From Eledone cirrhosa (taxonomy: Eukaryota), in contig OZ024741.1 of the NCBI GenBank assembly GCA_964016885.1, positions 253,952,001 to 254,016,000 on the forward strand: a stretch of 64,000 nt of DNA, given 5' to 3'. Both the position numbers and the translations under genes were made by a program. Shown piece by piece: positions 37,888 through 50,852 of the stretch. Below the pieces are notes generated by a model. It did not search any database and was not told the origin of the DNA. It was given only the letters and a program-made list of their open reading frames with translations. Within the stretch, counting starts at the first letter, position 1; every line of letters begins with the position of its first letter.

Positions 37888-38003
37888 TAGGTATTTTTTT
37901 CCCAAAATGAAAAAAAAACGAGATGTCCTACACGAGTGAAAGTATAAGGAAAAAAGATGAAATCGAAACTGCAACTGGAGTCTTTTTAAGAATATTTATT
38001 TGG

Positions 38004-38047
38004 TTCCTTTACCGGTTTCGCAGTTCTTATGCTTTTCAAAAGTAGAA
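38004..38047 (-). ncRNA. Type-I hammerhead ribozyme, U3-A8 core variant
   Basis: ttc ta ctt-TTGAAAA-gca taagaac tgc-GAAA-ccg-GTA-aag gaa. Stem III is the palindrome ACCGGT. Confidence 0.68.
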
Positions 38048-38150
38048 TTGAGATGGAGGGTTTGTGGTTTAATTCTGTAGTATAAGTTTGGCAGAAATAT
38101 CCTAGGGTAAGAGTACTCAGTCCATAGTACGAGTTATGTATGTCATAATG

Positions 38151-38183
<33 letters not shown>

Positions 38184-38540
38184 ACATATATATACAGGAT
38201 ATGAACACATTGGGTATAATATCAGTTTCTTACTAATGCCAAGAAGCTCAATATATTAAAATAAATATATATATATACATATATAGTTATGTATGTGTAT
38301 GTATATATATGTATGTTCTTCTGGTTTTATAATTTTTTACCAATTCAGAGAGCGTCAATTTCTATCGCTCATTGGAATTTAAACATCAACTAATGTAGAT
38401 ATGTCTGCCTGTCTGCATGCATGTGTGTGCAGGTATGGATGTTATTGTATGTGTGGATGTGGATGTTTTGAGTTATATGTGTACATGTGCATGTGTGCAT
38501 GTGTACATGCCTTGTATCTATACATGTGTACATGCAGTTA

Positions 38541-38797
38541 TTAGATGCAGAATTTTTGGAAATTTTTACATATTTTTACTGTTCCATTACTGGATTGTAC
38601 TTGTAATTTCCTAACTAATCGTGTACTTTCTGTTTCTGTGAAGTCCAGCTTCTCAAGATTTGTACTGAGGTAGTTACTAACATATCCCAGTACCCCAATA
38701 ATCACAGGCATAAATCTGAAGGTATAGTCAGAGTGGAGTATCTGTAGATTTCTCATTAGTTCTGCATAGATATTCTCCTTTTCGTTAATCTTTAATA
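38541..38797 (-). pseudogene. C-terminal restriction-like endonuclease fragment of an R4/Dong-like LINE
   Basis: LKINEKENIYAELMRNLQIL...FMPVIIGVLGYV...GTVKICKNF pattern. Confidence 0.55.
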
Positions 38798-39070
38798 TTA
38801 TATTGGCGCGTGTGAGTGTATGAGTGTGTTTGTATCAGTTATGTTTGTGTCCGTCATGAGGGACCAATATTGAGATCTACCTTTTTTTAGAGTCCCCTTG
38901 ACCAAACATTTGCTTGATATTTGAGTGTGTATATTTATATATATATATATATGTATGTTTGTACGTGTGCGTGTGTGTGTTTGTGTTTGCGCGCATGTAA
39001 GTGTATGAATGTTTGTATCAGTTATGTATGTGTCCTTCATGAGGGCCAAAATTGAGATGTACTTTAGTTC

Positions 39071-39259
39071 AGGCAAGTCAAACTGAGGGTACTCGGGGCC
39101 ACATGGGTCACATATGTGTTGTCTGAGGGCCACACATGACAACTAATTGCGCACATTACAGCTAATATTTTTTTTATTTTATATTACGCTCGCGCTGTAA
39201 AAACCTTTGTGCGAGCCGTAGGTGTGCTTGCGGCCTGCAGGCCGTATATTTCACTTGCC
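39071..39259. mobile_element. MITE, hAT-like
   Basis: TIRs AGGCAAGTCAAA / TTTCACTTGCCT with subterminal GGCC-rich motifs. Confidence 0.5.
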
Positions 39260-39327
39260 TACCTTAGTTGATGTCCCCCTGACCAAATACTTTGTTGATA
39301 TTTGAGTGTGTATATATGTATATATAG

Positions 39328-39429
<102 letters not shown>

Positions 39430-39680
39430 AAGGCGGGTAAAATTCCCGAGATCCATATTTCTTTTCAATGGCTGACAATACCTTACCGGCGCCACTCGAA
39501 TAAGGTAGTTATTTAACCCATAAATGGAGCCCTAACAGGTACTACCACCCCGGGCCAGGGCAGACCTGGGAGTCATGACAACTAAGGGGTAACTCCACAT
39601 TCCCCACATCTCCTGAACTCCCGAACTGGAGCCTTGCTACTGGATGTAGTTTAATGTCATACCCAGGACATATATATATA

Positions 39681-39758
<78 letters not shown>

Positions 39759-40067
39759 TGTGTGTGTACGTGTGCATGTGTGTATTTGTGTGTGTCTGTT
39801 GTGTCTGTGTCTGTCACAAAGGCCAAAATGTGGAGACCTATAGCAAGTGAACGTTGGTCTATAATTGAGTGTAATTGAGCAATTATAACTTCATTGCGTG
39901 CCATTTTGAAATCATACAAAAATTGCTTTAATTTGCTTATTTCCATCTTTAATTCGACAACCTTAAACAAACAAAGATAAACAATAAAAAATAAACATTA
40001 GCATAAATCAATAGACCAGAGTTTGTGTCTCAAATGGCTCATTACATGCTTAAGCTGGGGGTCTTAA

Positions 40068-42369
40068 CTCTTAATGGAGTCGTAGGGACGCCACCCTGAC
40101 ATAGGGCATGTCTTAGACAGTTTAAACATGGCGGAGCTGATTTCTGTGCAGGCCATAAAACAATGATATGTTCCAATAAAAGAAAAAGAGAGAAGGTAAC
40201 AGAGAGAAATAGAGGAAGAATTGATCTCAGTACTGGACTGCTACTTAATTTTTCGCCAACAAACGGATGAAAAACAAAGTTGACTTCGGTGAGATTTGAA
40301 CGCAGGGCACAGTGAGCCGGAACTAATAACGAGTTATTTTTAATCTAATGCCATGACGACAATACCAATTCGCTGCCTTTGTATATTACGTGAATATATT
40401 TAAATAAAACTTTATTGGCTACTATAACAACTTCGTTTCAGACACGTAGATCAGTTAAGGAAGAACACAACGATCGTTCAGTTTTTGTTTTGAAGCGTTT
40501 CTGCTTCACATGAAAAGGGGTATTAGCCCTGAAATATACTGGGTAAAACATTGCTTTGTTTTGTTTTATTTGTTATTCTTTGCTCTTTATCTATTCCTAC
40601 CGTATTGTACCGGCTTTTTGATACTTTTTAGTCATTGCTTAAAATGTTTAAGATTACAAAAACCGCAAATATGTTTGCACAACTTAATAATAATAATTTT
40701 GGGGTGCAGCTGTGCCCATAGCCTTTCGCAGGCTGTTCGAGTCAAATAAAACTGGTTTGGTCTAGTACGTTCATCTTGAACAGTTGTAAGTCCATGACTA
40801 CAGAGAAAAACATGTGCAGTCAGGGAATTCCAGAGGGTTGACATTCTGAGGAGGACATACTGTCGTAGTTGATACGGATGTGTGTGTATATAGGGGAAGA
40901 AGCTTTATTGGAATGGATACAATATCATAATCTATAAAGCTCAGTGTGTGGTCATGCTCCTTCGTTATAGAAATCTACGATATAGAATTTCTTCAATTGA
41001 AATTTACAATTCAGTATTCGAAATAGCTTCGATTGCGTCTTGACGCAGATAATTTTTTCAATTTCACCCACAATTACGCAAAAAATAGATAAAACTCAAT
41101 ATTTTACGATTTTTCTCTCTCATTTAAACTGCTGAACCCTTTCTACTACCATTCAAAATCTATACAACTTCATACTCTCTGCTACTTTCTCTTTCCAAGC
41201 TTGATGGTGATACTGTCCGTTCACACCACTCCCTACTGTCTTAAATTTAGAAAACACATATCCTCTATGAGGTTACTAAACCTGCTAGAAACAGCAGCTA
41301 ACTCTCCCCCATATCACATCCCTCCCCACACCACTCCCTACTGTCTTAAATTTAGAAAACACATATCCTCTATGAGGTTACTAAACCTGCTAGAAACAGC
41401 AGCTAACTCTCCCACATATCACACCCCTCCCTACTGTCTTAACTTTAGAAAACACATATCCTCTATTAGGTTACTAAACCTGCTAGAAACAGCAGCTAAC
41501 TCTCCCCCATATCACAACCCTCCCTACTGTCTTAAATTTAGAAAACATATCTTCTATGAGGTCACTAAACCTGCTAGAAACAGCAGCTAACTCTCCCCCA
41601 TATCAAACCCCTCCCTACTGTCTTAAATTTAGAAAACACATATCCTCTATGAGGTTACTAAACCTGCTAGAAACAGCAGCTAACTCTCCCCCATATCACA
41701 CCCCTCCCTACTGTCTTAAATTTAGAAAATATATCTTCTATGAGGTCACTAAACCTACTAGAAACAGCAGCTAACTCTCCCCCATATCACACCACTCCCT
41801 ACTGTCTTAAATTTAGAAAACACATATCCTCTATGAGGTCAATAAACCTGCTAGAAACAACAGCTAACTCTCCCTCATATCACAACCCTCCCTACTGTCT
41901 TAAATTTAGAAAACACACAGACAACCATGCAGAACAACTCCATCGCAGCTCTGTTGTTCGGCTGGCATCGTCTACGCGCGTGTTGCGCAAGTACTGTGAA
42001 ACAATAAATTTCAACACTTTTTTGCACAGAGATAATATCCATAGGCGAAACTACAATTGTCACTGCTGGCGCAGCTCATGCTTCCAGGTCTGCAATTCAT
42101 TCACCCAGTGCCTGGCAGACAAAAAAGTGCTGCCATAAAATGGGTGGTGCAACCTAACTTTGGTAACTTAATGACCCCGAGCAACGCCGGGCTTTAATGC
42201 TAGTAAGTGATAAGAGAGAGAAGAAACGTTTCAAAATAGTGTATTACCATTTAAGGGTCATAAAGGGGCCGTCCTGATACACGGTGTGGAAACGGATGAG
42301 CTCAACTAAGTTTAAAATGCCTGAGAAATGGTGTGTGTCAGGATGGCGTCCCTACGACTTCATCAAGAG
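40068..42369. mobile_element. TTAA-flanked TIR element (piggyBac-like, non-autonomous) containing a nested SINE fragment (~40225-40378) and a Helitron
   Basis: TTAA|CTCTTAATGGAGTCGTAGGGACGCCACCCTGACA ... TGTCAGGATGGCGTCCCTACGACTTCATCAAGAG|TTAA (34-bp TIR, 3 mismatches). Confidence 0.8.
40925..42203 (+). mobile_element. Non-autonomous Helitron with ~92-bp tandem array (41222-41917, about 7 units)
   Basis: 3' end GACCCCGAGCAACGCCGGGCTTTAATGCTAG|T matches the 21759 terminus. The 5' TC start is approximate. Confidence 0.72.
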
Positions 42370-42624
42370 TTAAAGGCCCAGATTTAGTATGGAATATACA
42401 ATGTTGAATCGCAAATTTCCATCTATTGATTTATGCTGATTGGGAGAAAGCACGTGCAATGGCCTCCGAGACCAGCCAGATCTGACAAGCAGGGACCACT
42501 CTAGTTTACGGTCGAAAAAAAAATCAGAATAAGGAACATAATGTGGCCCAGATGCTGGGTTGTATTGGTGAGGGTGAGTCAATTACTGTTAATCAATCGG
42601 AGGGCGGGATCTGCGTCCTGTCAG

Positions 42625-43584
42625 ATGATGGTGATGATGATATTGTTATTGTTGTTGGTGGTGATGGTTATGTTGGTGATGATGTTGTTGTTGGTGTTGT
42701 TGTTGTTGGTGGTGGTGGTAGTGATAGCGGTGGCGGTGGTGGTGGTGGTGGTGGTGGTGGTGGTGGTGGTGGTGGTGGTGGCAGTGATTGCGGTGGTGGT
42801 GGTGATAGCGGTGGCGATGATGGTGGTTGTGATTGTGGTGGTGGTAGTGATAGCGGTGGTGATGGTGGTGGTGGTGATAGCAGTGGTGATGGTGGTGGTG
42901 GTGATAGCGGTGGTGATGGTGGTGGCTGTGATTGTGGTGGTGGTAGTGGTGGTGATGGTGGTGGCTGTGGTGGTGGTGGCTGTGATTGTGATTGTGGTGG
43001 TGGTGGTGGTCGCTGTGATTGTGGTGGTGGTGGTAGTGGTGGTGCTGGTGGCGTCGGTGATGGTAGTGGTGGTAGTGGTTGTGGTGGTGTTGGTGGCGGT
43101 AGAGGTAATGGCGATGGTGGCGTCGGTGGTGGTTGTGATTGTTGTGGAGGAGAAGGAAGACGTGGTGGCAATAGTAATAGTAGTAGTAGTTAAGATGAAG
43201 TTAGGATTGTAATGTGGTTTGGTGTGTTATGGTAGATTCAATGTTGGTAGTAGTGTGGCTGTAGTGGTAGCAGGGGTAAAAGAAGGAGTATATACAGGTC
43301 ACACCAGAAATATAAATAGAATGGATTCGGTTCCCTTAAATAATGTGTCACTGCGTATTTTTTGTGCATATGTGCATGTAGATTTGTATGTGTGTATGTA
43401 TAAATATGGATCTCTCTAACCCCCTTCTCACCCACCCCCCTCTCTCTCTCTAAATATGTGTGTCTGTGTGTGTGTGTACGTGTACACACACACACACACT
43501 CACATATATATGGATCCACACACATACATGTACATATATATATATATATATATATGTACGTATGTATATATATATATTACGTAC

Positions 43585-43652
<68 letters not shown>

Positions 43653-43692
43653 GTATATATATGTATATATATGTATTTATATATATTTATAC

Positions 43693-43766
<74 letters not shown>

Positions 43767-44027
43767 CCACACACACACATATATATATAGAGAGAGATGT
43801 TTGCGCGTGGATCCATATATGTGTGTGTACGTGTGTGTGTGTGTGTGTGTATGTGTTTAGCTGTTTATATGTGTGTGTGTGTGTGTGTGTATATATGTAT
43901 ATATATATATATATACATATTTTTACATTTATATATATGTATATATATATATATATTGTTATGCTTTGGGAGGGTCATGTTGCCAAATTCAGAAACGAAA
44001 TATATATGTATATATATATATATATAT

Positions 44028-44079
<52 letters not shown>

Positions 44080-44087
44080 ATATACAC

Positions 44088-44125
<38 letters not shown>

Positions 44126-44131
44126 ATATAT

Positions 44132-44178
<47 letters not shown>

Positions 44179-44870
44179 TATTCGTCCATCTTAACAGCCA
44201 GTTAGTAAGAACCACAGAACCACAGCTAAAACATGTCTGATACGATCAATACACCATTGCTGTGGTCATATATACATCCATATCGACGTTCACACACACA
44301 CGCACGCACATGCGCAGACACATACCCCCCCCCCCCATATATATATATATATATATATATATATTACAGGGTTGGATGTCTGCCAGTTAGATTGGTATAT
44401 CTGCTATTGACGATAATGATGATGGTTGTAGAGATAGTGGTGAGATTAGTCGTAGTGGTGTTTATGGTGGTGGTGGTAGGGGTCTTGTGATGGTTGTGAT
44501 GATAGTGGTGGTGGTTTTGTTGATGGTGGTACTGCTGGTGGAAGTGGTGGTGATGATTTTGGTGATGGTGATGGTGATGGTGGCGGTAATTGGTGCTGGC
44601 GCTGGTACTGGTGGTTTTGGTGATGGTGGTGGTGGTGGTGGGTGTTGTGGTGGTGGTGAAGAATTTGATGCTCGTGGTGATGATAGTGGTGGTGGTGATT
44701 ATGATGGTGGTGGTGGTGCTGCTGCTGCTGGTGGTGGTGGTGATGATGGTGGTGGTTTTGGTGATTGTGGTGGTGGTGTGTGTGATGGTAGGGGAGAATT
44801 TGGTGGTGTTGGTGGTGGTGGTGGTGGTGGTGGTGGTAGTAATGGTGTTAAAGGGACGTTGTAGTTATGG
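42625..44870. repeat. GGT/GAT low-complexity tracts (42625-43195, 44415-44845) flanking compound (TA)n/(TG)n/(CA)n microsatellites
   Basis: Directly visible. Confidence 0.88.
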
Positions 44871-45413
44871 TGATAGTATGTATGCAATGATATAGATACT
44901 GTAATTGTAAATCTAACTACACTACATGCTACTCATTAGTAAATATTTCACTGTAATTTAATTAGTTTAATAAGATAGACCAACTTGATGACCATTTCAC
45001 CAAATATATAAAGACTAATTATTACTTACTAATTCTGTTGGATACCACAATACAAGGAACCTTTACCTAATCTCAAATGAACCCCTGCTCAGAGCCGGAC
45101 TTTCACCTTTTGAGGCTCTAAGCTATATGAAATTTGAGACCCATCTCTAAAAAAATTCGGATAAAAAAATTGTAAATAATTATACATGATTATTATTTAT
45201 GGCTAAGAATAAATTATATATATATGATATATCTCATATGAAATAATACAGCCAATTATCCACACAATACAATATACTTAGCACCCCAAACGTTTAATTG
45301 GGAATATACTCAGGTATTTCCTAATATTATAAAATTAGTCCCTCATCAGTGATTTGCCAACCATCATTGGTATTTCATCGCATTAAAAAAAAAAAAATAT
45401 ATATATATATATA

Positions 45414-46203
45414 CTAGCAGAATGGCCCGGCGTTGCTCGGGATTTGCTGTAGGATTCTTATATATTTGATATATATTTATCTTTATCGAACCTCGTGAAA
45501 TAAATACGTTTGTTTATATTTTGTTATTGTGTATGCAAAAATATCTGTCCATAAATATATAATTATATATATATATATATTAAAATAACAGACTAAAGTT
45601 TAAGCAAAGAATCACTGCTTTCACCCTTAACGGGATATGCTACCTAAAAGCAGTATGAAGTACATACACTAAGACTAATTGATGTAATCTTTGGCCTTCT
45701 TTGTTTATATTTTGTTTTTGTGTATGCAAAAATATCTGTACACGAATATCTATATTAAAATAACATATTAATGTTTAAGCAAAGAATCGCTGCTTTCAAC
45801 CTTAACGGGATCTTCTTAAACTAAAAAAATCAATCTGGAAAATAGGAAGACGATACTTTGGTTCGTGAAGACGTTCCCTGGCATAAGAATATATATATAT
45901 ATACACACACTGATCGCGTCATAATGACGTAATGCAGACAGTCAGGCATACAGACAGATATTATGAAGGTGCGACGTCATATCTCTGTATCTATCTAAAA
46001 AGAGAAAGACTAAGAGAAAGAGAAAGAGATCGCTAAATCGCCTAATGCGGTCCCTAGGGCATTGAAAATTTGAAATTTGTTTTGCTCAAAACACTTCCGG
46101 GGTCATACGAGTTACATGTATAAAGTTTGAAAAAAAACCGGTTGGGTACTTCTCGAGTTTTAGGGAAACAGACACACAGACATCCTCTGTTTTATATATA
46201 TAG

Positions 46204-46204
<1 letters not shown>
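45414..46204 (-). mobile_element. Non-autonomous Helitron
   Basis: A|CTAGCAGAATGGCCCGGCGTTGCTCGGG is the reverse-complement 3' end. TTTTATATATATAGA|T is the reverse-complement TC start. Same family as 50220-50852. Confidence 0.8.
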
Positions 46205-46285
<81 letters not shown>

Positions 46286-46342
46286 CACATGAAGCAAATT
46301 ATTCATTAAAATAGACACCAAACACGTTTTTACATTAAATGG

Positions 46343-46387
46343 TGATTTACGAACGTTTCATCCCATTCCTGGGACTTTTCAAAATCA
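46343..46387 (-). ncRNA. Type-I hammerhead ribozyme, U3-A8 core variant
   Basis: tgatt-TTGAAAA-gtccca ggaa tgggat-GAAA-c gttc g-TA-aatca. About 60 nt before (TA)n. Confidence 0.75.
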
Positions 46388-46651
46388 ATTATTTAAGATT
46401 AAAGAACCTCATTATAACCTCACCAAAATGCTCGACAGCCAGGAAATATTTGCATTTAAAAAATTCGAAATGACGCCATAATACATGGAAAATCTACGTT
46501 GTCCAACTACAGAAATATAATGTCACATTACTAGCACATTACTATAAAAACTTATTTTAAATAATTAATAGATGATAAATATAAAAAGAGGAATATAAAC
46601 TTGATAAAAAAATATTATTAAAGATAAGAAAGAAAAAATGAAGACATATAA

Positions 46652-46744
<93 letters not shown>

Positions 46745-46761
46745 CAAATATAGATATAAAC

Positions 46762-46809
<48 letters not shown>

Positions 46810-46811
<2 letters not shown>

Positions 46812-47850
46812 GATAACAAGTTGTCGTTTTCGGTAATCCAGTTAGAGTTTGTGAGTACTCTGTACTATGGATAATTTTAACGTACGGCGCTGTTTGACTC
46901 AACAAGAGGTTTCCTTAGTTTGGTAGCGAGTTTGCGAGAATTCCCATGCAGGTTATTCTTGGAGTAATAGTAGTGAAAGAGTGAAGAATAACATGGTCGG
47001 CTGTACACAAAGGGTTTTATTTACTGTATTAACAATTGTTTCATTGATCAGGTGAGTCTAAACGCCACTAATCACTTGAAGTTGCGTCACTCGACCTTAA
47101 ATACAGTGTGTGTTTCTGATCAAATCATCGGAATACTGGAGGGTGTAACACATGGCATTGGTATTTATAGATACATCGGAGAATGAAAACAATAACATCA
47201 ATAATAAAAGATAATAAAAGATAATAATAAAGAAGTTAGAATGAAAGTGATAAAGATGTAAAAAATAAGCAAAAAATAAGTACAGAATACGATTGCTGAT
47301 AGTAGTAGTGGCGGTGGTGGTGGTAGTTGAAGTTATAGTGGTGAGTAAGTGGAGGTGTAAAATAGTGATGACGGTAAAGATAACAATAACATGAAAAGAA
47401 ATACGGAATATATGATATGTAATTTATGAAATACGGAATATATGATATGTAATTTATGAAATACGTAATTTATGAAATACGGAATATATGATATGTAATT
47501 TATGAAATACGTAATTTATGAAATACGGAATATATATGTAATTTATGAAATACGGAATATATGATATGTAATTTATGAAATACGTAATTTATGAAATACG
47601 GAATATATGATATATGCAAGAGGTATAATCAAATCTTAGAGAATTAAAATAAAAATGATTGAAAAATAAAAAATAATAGATCAAAGATAAAAAAATAATA
47701 AAAAATAAGTAAGAGAGGAAGAGATAAGGGACAGGAGACAGAGAGTGAGGATAAGGATTCAAGGATGAGACATAAGGGGTAGGGTTAAGGAGGGGGAAGG
47801 AGTAGATGGATAGATAGAGAATAACAAGTGAAAGTGGCAGTGATGATATA
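46810..47850 (-). mobile_element. Family D PLE-end-like repeat with internal 30/16-bp tandem expansion (47399-47615)
   Basis: Homologous to 34225-34985. Unit AAATACGGAATATATGATATGTAATTTATG. Confidence 0.7.
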
Positions 47851-48563
47851 CGTGTGGTTAATGTCTGCAGACTGATTGTTTTATCTTAATGGAGGTAATG
47901 GCGGCTATAGAGAGAGAGAGTGAAAGAAAGGTTGGGAGATGTTAAGCTAATAACAGTGGGGTGGTGTGGAGTTAGGACATTAAAATCCAGGTGGTTCTGC
48001 TTGAATTCTGAGATTGCTGGATCGAATCATGGCAGTTTGAAGTTACAGAATTTGGCAGCTGTTTTGTGCCTACATCACTGCCCCTACCATCTTGGAAAGG
48101 GAATTGATATATGGAATAATGCTCTTGTACATAGAATGGTTACAGTTAGAACGCCTATGATCATCGTTCTTTTCAAGCTGGACTGGCCTTAGGATAAACA
48201 ACAACAACAACCACAACAACAAGAATACATAGTGATGAATTCACTGGAGTTTCATTGATTTCATAAGATTCTCCAACTTGATAAACAGACTTGATACCAG
48301 ACTATCTAGAGCCAGATAATCAATTCACCAAGATATTGGATAGATATTGGATATTACATTGGAGATAACAAACATTCAATAATTCACTGCAGTTTAATTG
48401 AACAGCAGTCTAAGATGGCACGTTATTTAGTTGATACCTCACTATAAAGTTTTATAGTACATTTAGTATCAGTCTTATGTTATGTATTTAGTTAATATAG
48501 CTCCACAGAGGTTTATAGTACATTTAGTATCAGTCTTATGTTATGTATATATTTGGTTCGAAT

Positions 48564-49008
48564 AGGCTACTTTGCCAGTCCCGGTAAAATAGACACACAT
48601 GCTTTTAAAGCTTATTTTACCCGTCCTGGTAAAATAGACCCCCAGGCTATATTGCCAGTGAATATAAATAGTGTCAGGGTTAGTGTTGGGGTTAGGGTTT
48701 AAATTGTCTTAATAATTGGTGGTGAAGAGAAATAAACTTGTGTTAAATCTGTGTGTTGTTATTTTTACATAATAATGGTTTCTGATTTAGGCACAAGGCC
48801 AACAATTTTGGGAGAGAAGAATGTCAATTAAATCGACACCAGTGCATTACTGGTACTTTATTTTATCGACACCCTAAGGATGAAAGGCAAAGCTAACCTC
48901 GGCCAGACCGTAAAGGACCGTAACTCTATGCTGCAAAGCATGGTGTCTGACATTCCTACCGGTACAATGGCCTGGGAGTCTATTTTACCCGGGCCGGCAA
49001 AATAGCCT
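48564..49008. mobile_element. MITE with ~31-bp TIRs and nested SINE family 1 (~48778-48960, minus strand)
   Basis: AGGCTACTTTGCCAGTCCCGGTAAAATAGAC / GTCTATTTTACCCGGGCCGGCAAAATAGCCT. Confidence 0.72.
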
Positions 49009-49023
49009 CTACCCATTTAGTTA

Positions 49024-49419
49024 CTCTCGGGTATCGAATAATCACCCCCACTCCCCCTTATTAAATTTTGCTAATCTATCTCCGGCGGAATTTTATGTTA
49101 AGTAGTAGCATTCCTGCGACAATTAATTTTCTTTAGACATTAAAAAACATTATACAGCATGGCCTCAGCCTGTCAGCTGGAACACGTAATGGAGTAACAG
49201 AGTAGGACAAACAAGTACATCACAAGAAATCCTATACGTTATAAAATAAATAAGATAGGGTGGGATCTCAATATGTAAACTAAACGACTAATTCTGGTTT
49301 TAAAAAAAAATCAATGGAGACAAGACAACCTAGAAATATTACTGATTCCCCCCCCCCCCCCCCTGCTTATTCCAATCCACCCGCTTATTCCAATCTCCTT
49401 AATATTTGGGACCCGAGAG
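49024..49419. mobile_element. Tc1/pogo-type MITE with TA target duplication; related copy in opposite orientation at ~55288-55658
   Basis: TA|CTCTCGGGT ... ACCCGAGAG|TA. Subterminal CCGCTTATT repeats are shared with the 55.3-kb copy. Confidence 0.72.
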
Positions 49420-49467
49420 TAATATAGCTCCACAATAATACATTTAGTATCAGTCTGGTATTATATA

Positions 49468-49643
49468 GGCAGTATCGGTAGAGGGTCGGACGCCATGCTT
49501 TGCAGCATAGTTACGTCCCTTTACAATCTGAGTTCAAATCCCGCCGAGGTTGACTTTGCCTTTCATCCTTACGGGGTCGATAAAATAAAGTACCAGTAAT
49601 GCACTGGTTATTTGCTGGCCTTGTGCCTAACGTAGAAACAATT
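49468..49643 (+). mobile_element. SINE family 1
   Basis: Full match to the family pattern. Confidence 0.85.
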
Positions 49644-49734
49644 ATATATTTAGTTAATACAGTTCTATAGTAATTAATATACAGTTCTAGTTTACAGAGT
49701 ACATTAATTGATGCATTAATGTACTTTATGATGT

Positions 49735-50195
49735 GAAGGTGTGTGACCTGATGGTAAGGGTGTTGGACTTACAGTCATAATTGTTTCTACTTTTGGCACA
49801 AGGCCTGCAATTATCCCAGTGTATTACTGCTACTTTATTTTATCGACCCCGTAAGGATGAAAGGCAAAGTTAACCCCGACGGGATTTGAACTCAGATCGT
49901 AAAGGGACGTAACTATGCTGCAAAGCATGGCGTCCGACCCTCTACCGATACTGCCAATTCACCGTGGGTTCAAATCCTGGGATGGGTTGCGTGTGGTGTT
50001 CTTGAGCAAAACACTTCATTTCATGTTGTTCCAGTATACTCAGCTGAAAAGAAAAAGTGAGTACAAACAATAGCTGGGTGTTTAGCCTTGCAATGTACAG
50101 GCGTCCTGTCCAGGGATGAGTCTTGTACTCTCGGTCGCTTTATGCCACGGAAACTGGCATAAGCGCCAGCCTTATGTGCCTCCGAGCTTGAGACA
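49735..50195 (+). mobile_element. SINE (family 2-like head) split by an antisense family 1 SINE (49778-49963)
   Basis: Head GAAGGTGTGTGACCTGATGGTAAGGG resumes as GTGGGTTCAAATCC...TTGAGCAAAACACTTCATTTC after the insert. Confidence 0.72.
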
Positions 50196-50219
50196 GACTT
50201 TTAGACGTTTTAGACATTA

Positions 50220-50852
50220 CTAGCAGAATGGCCCGGCGTTGCTCGGGATTTGCTCTAGGGTTCTTATATATTTGCTATATATGTATCCTTATCGAGCCTC
50301 GTGAAATAAATACGTTTGTTTATATTTTGTTATTGTGTCTGCAAAAATATCTGTACACGAATATATAATTATATATAATTATATATATATATATATATTA
50401 AAATAACAGATTGAAGTTTAAGCAAAGAATCGTTGCTTTCGCCCTTAATGGGATCTTCTGAAACTAAAAAAATCAATCTGTAAACGCAGAAGTTAATATT
50501 TCGAAAAACGTTACACACTATATATACATATATACACACATACACATATAGCGTCATAATGTCGTAATGCAGACAGCCAGGTATACAGACAGATATTATA
50601 AGGGCGCAACGTTATATCTATGTATCTATCTAAAAAGAAAGACTAAGAATTATAGAGAGAGAGCTCACTAAATCGCCTAATGCGGTCTCTAGGGCATTGA
50701 ACATTTGAAATATGTTTTGCTCAAAACTCTCACAGGACCATAAGTATTACATGTGTAAAGTTTGAAAACAATAGGTTGGGTGGTTCTCGAGATTTAGGGA
50801 GTCAGACAGACAGACAGACAGACAGACATTCTCTGTTTTAGATATATACTGA
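50220..50852 (-). mobile_element. Non-autonomous Helitron
   Basis: Same termini and body as 45414-46204, with (CAGA)n near the 5' end. Confidence 0.8.

Noticed and set aside
42541-44895. Gly/Asp-rich, Pro-rich and YI/HT/CV ORFs
   Set aside because: Microsatellite translations.
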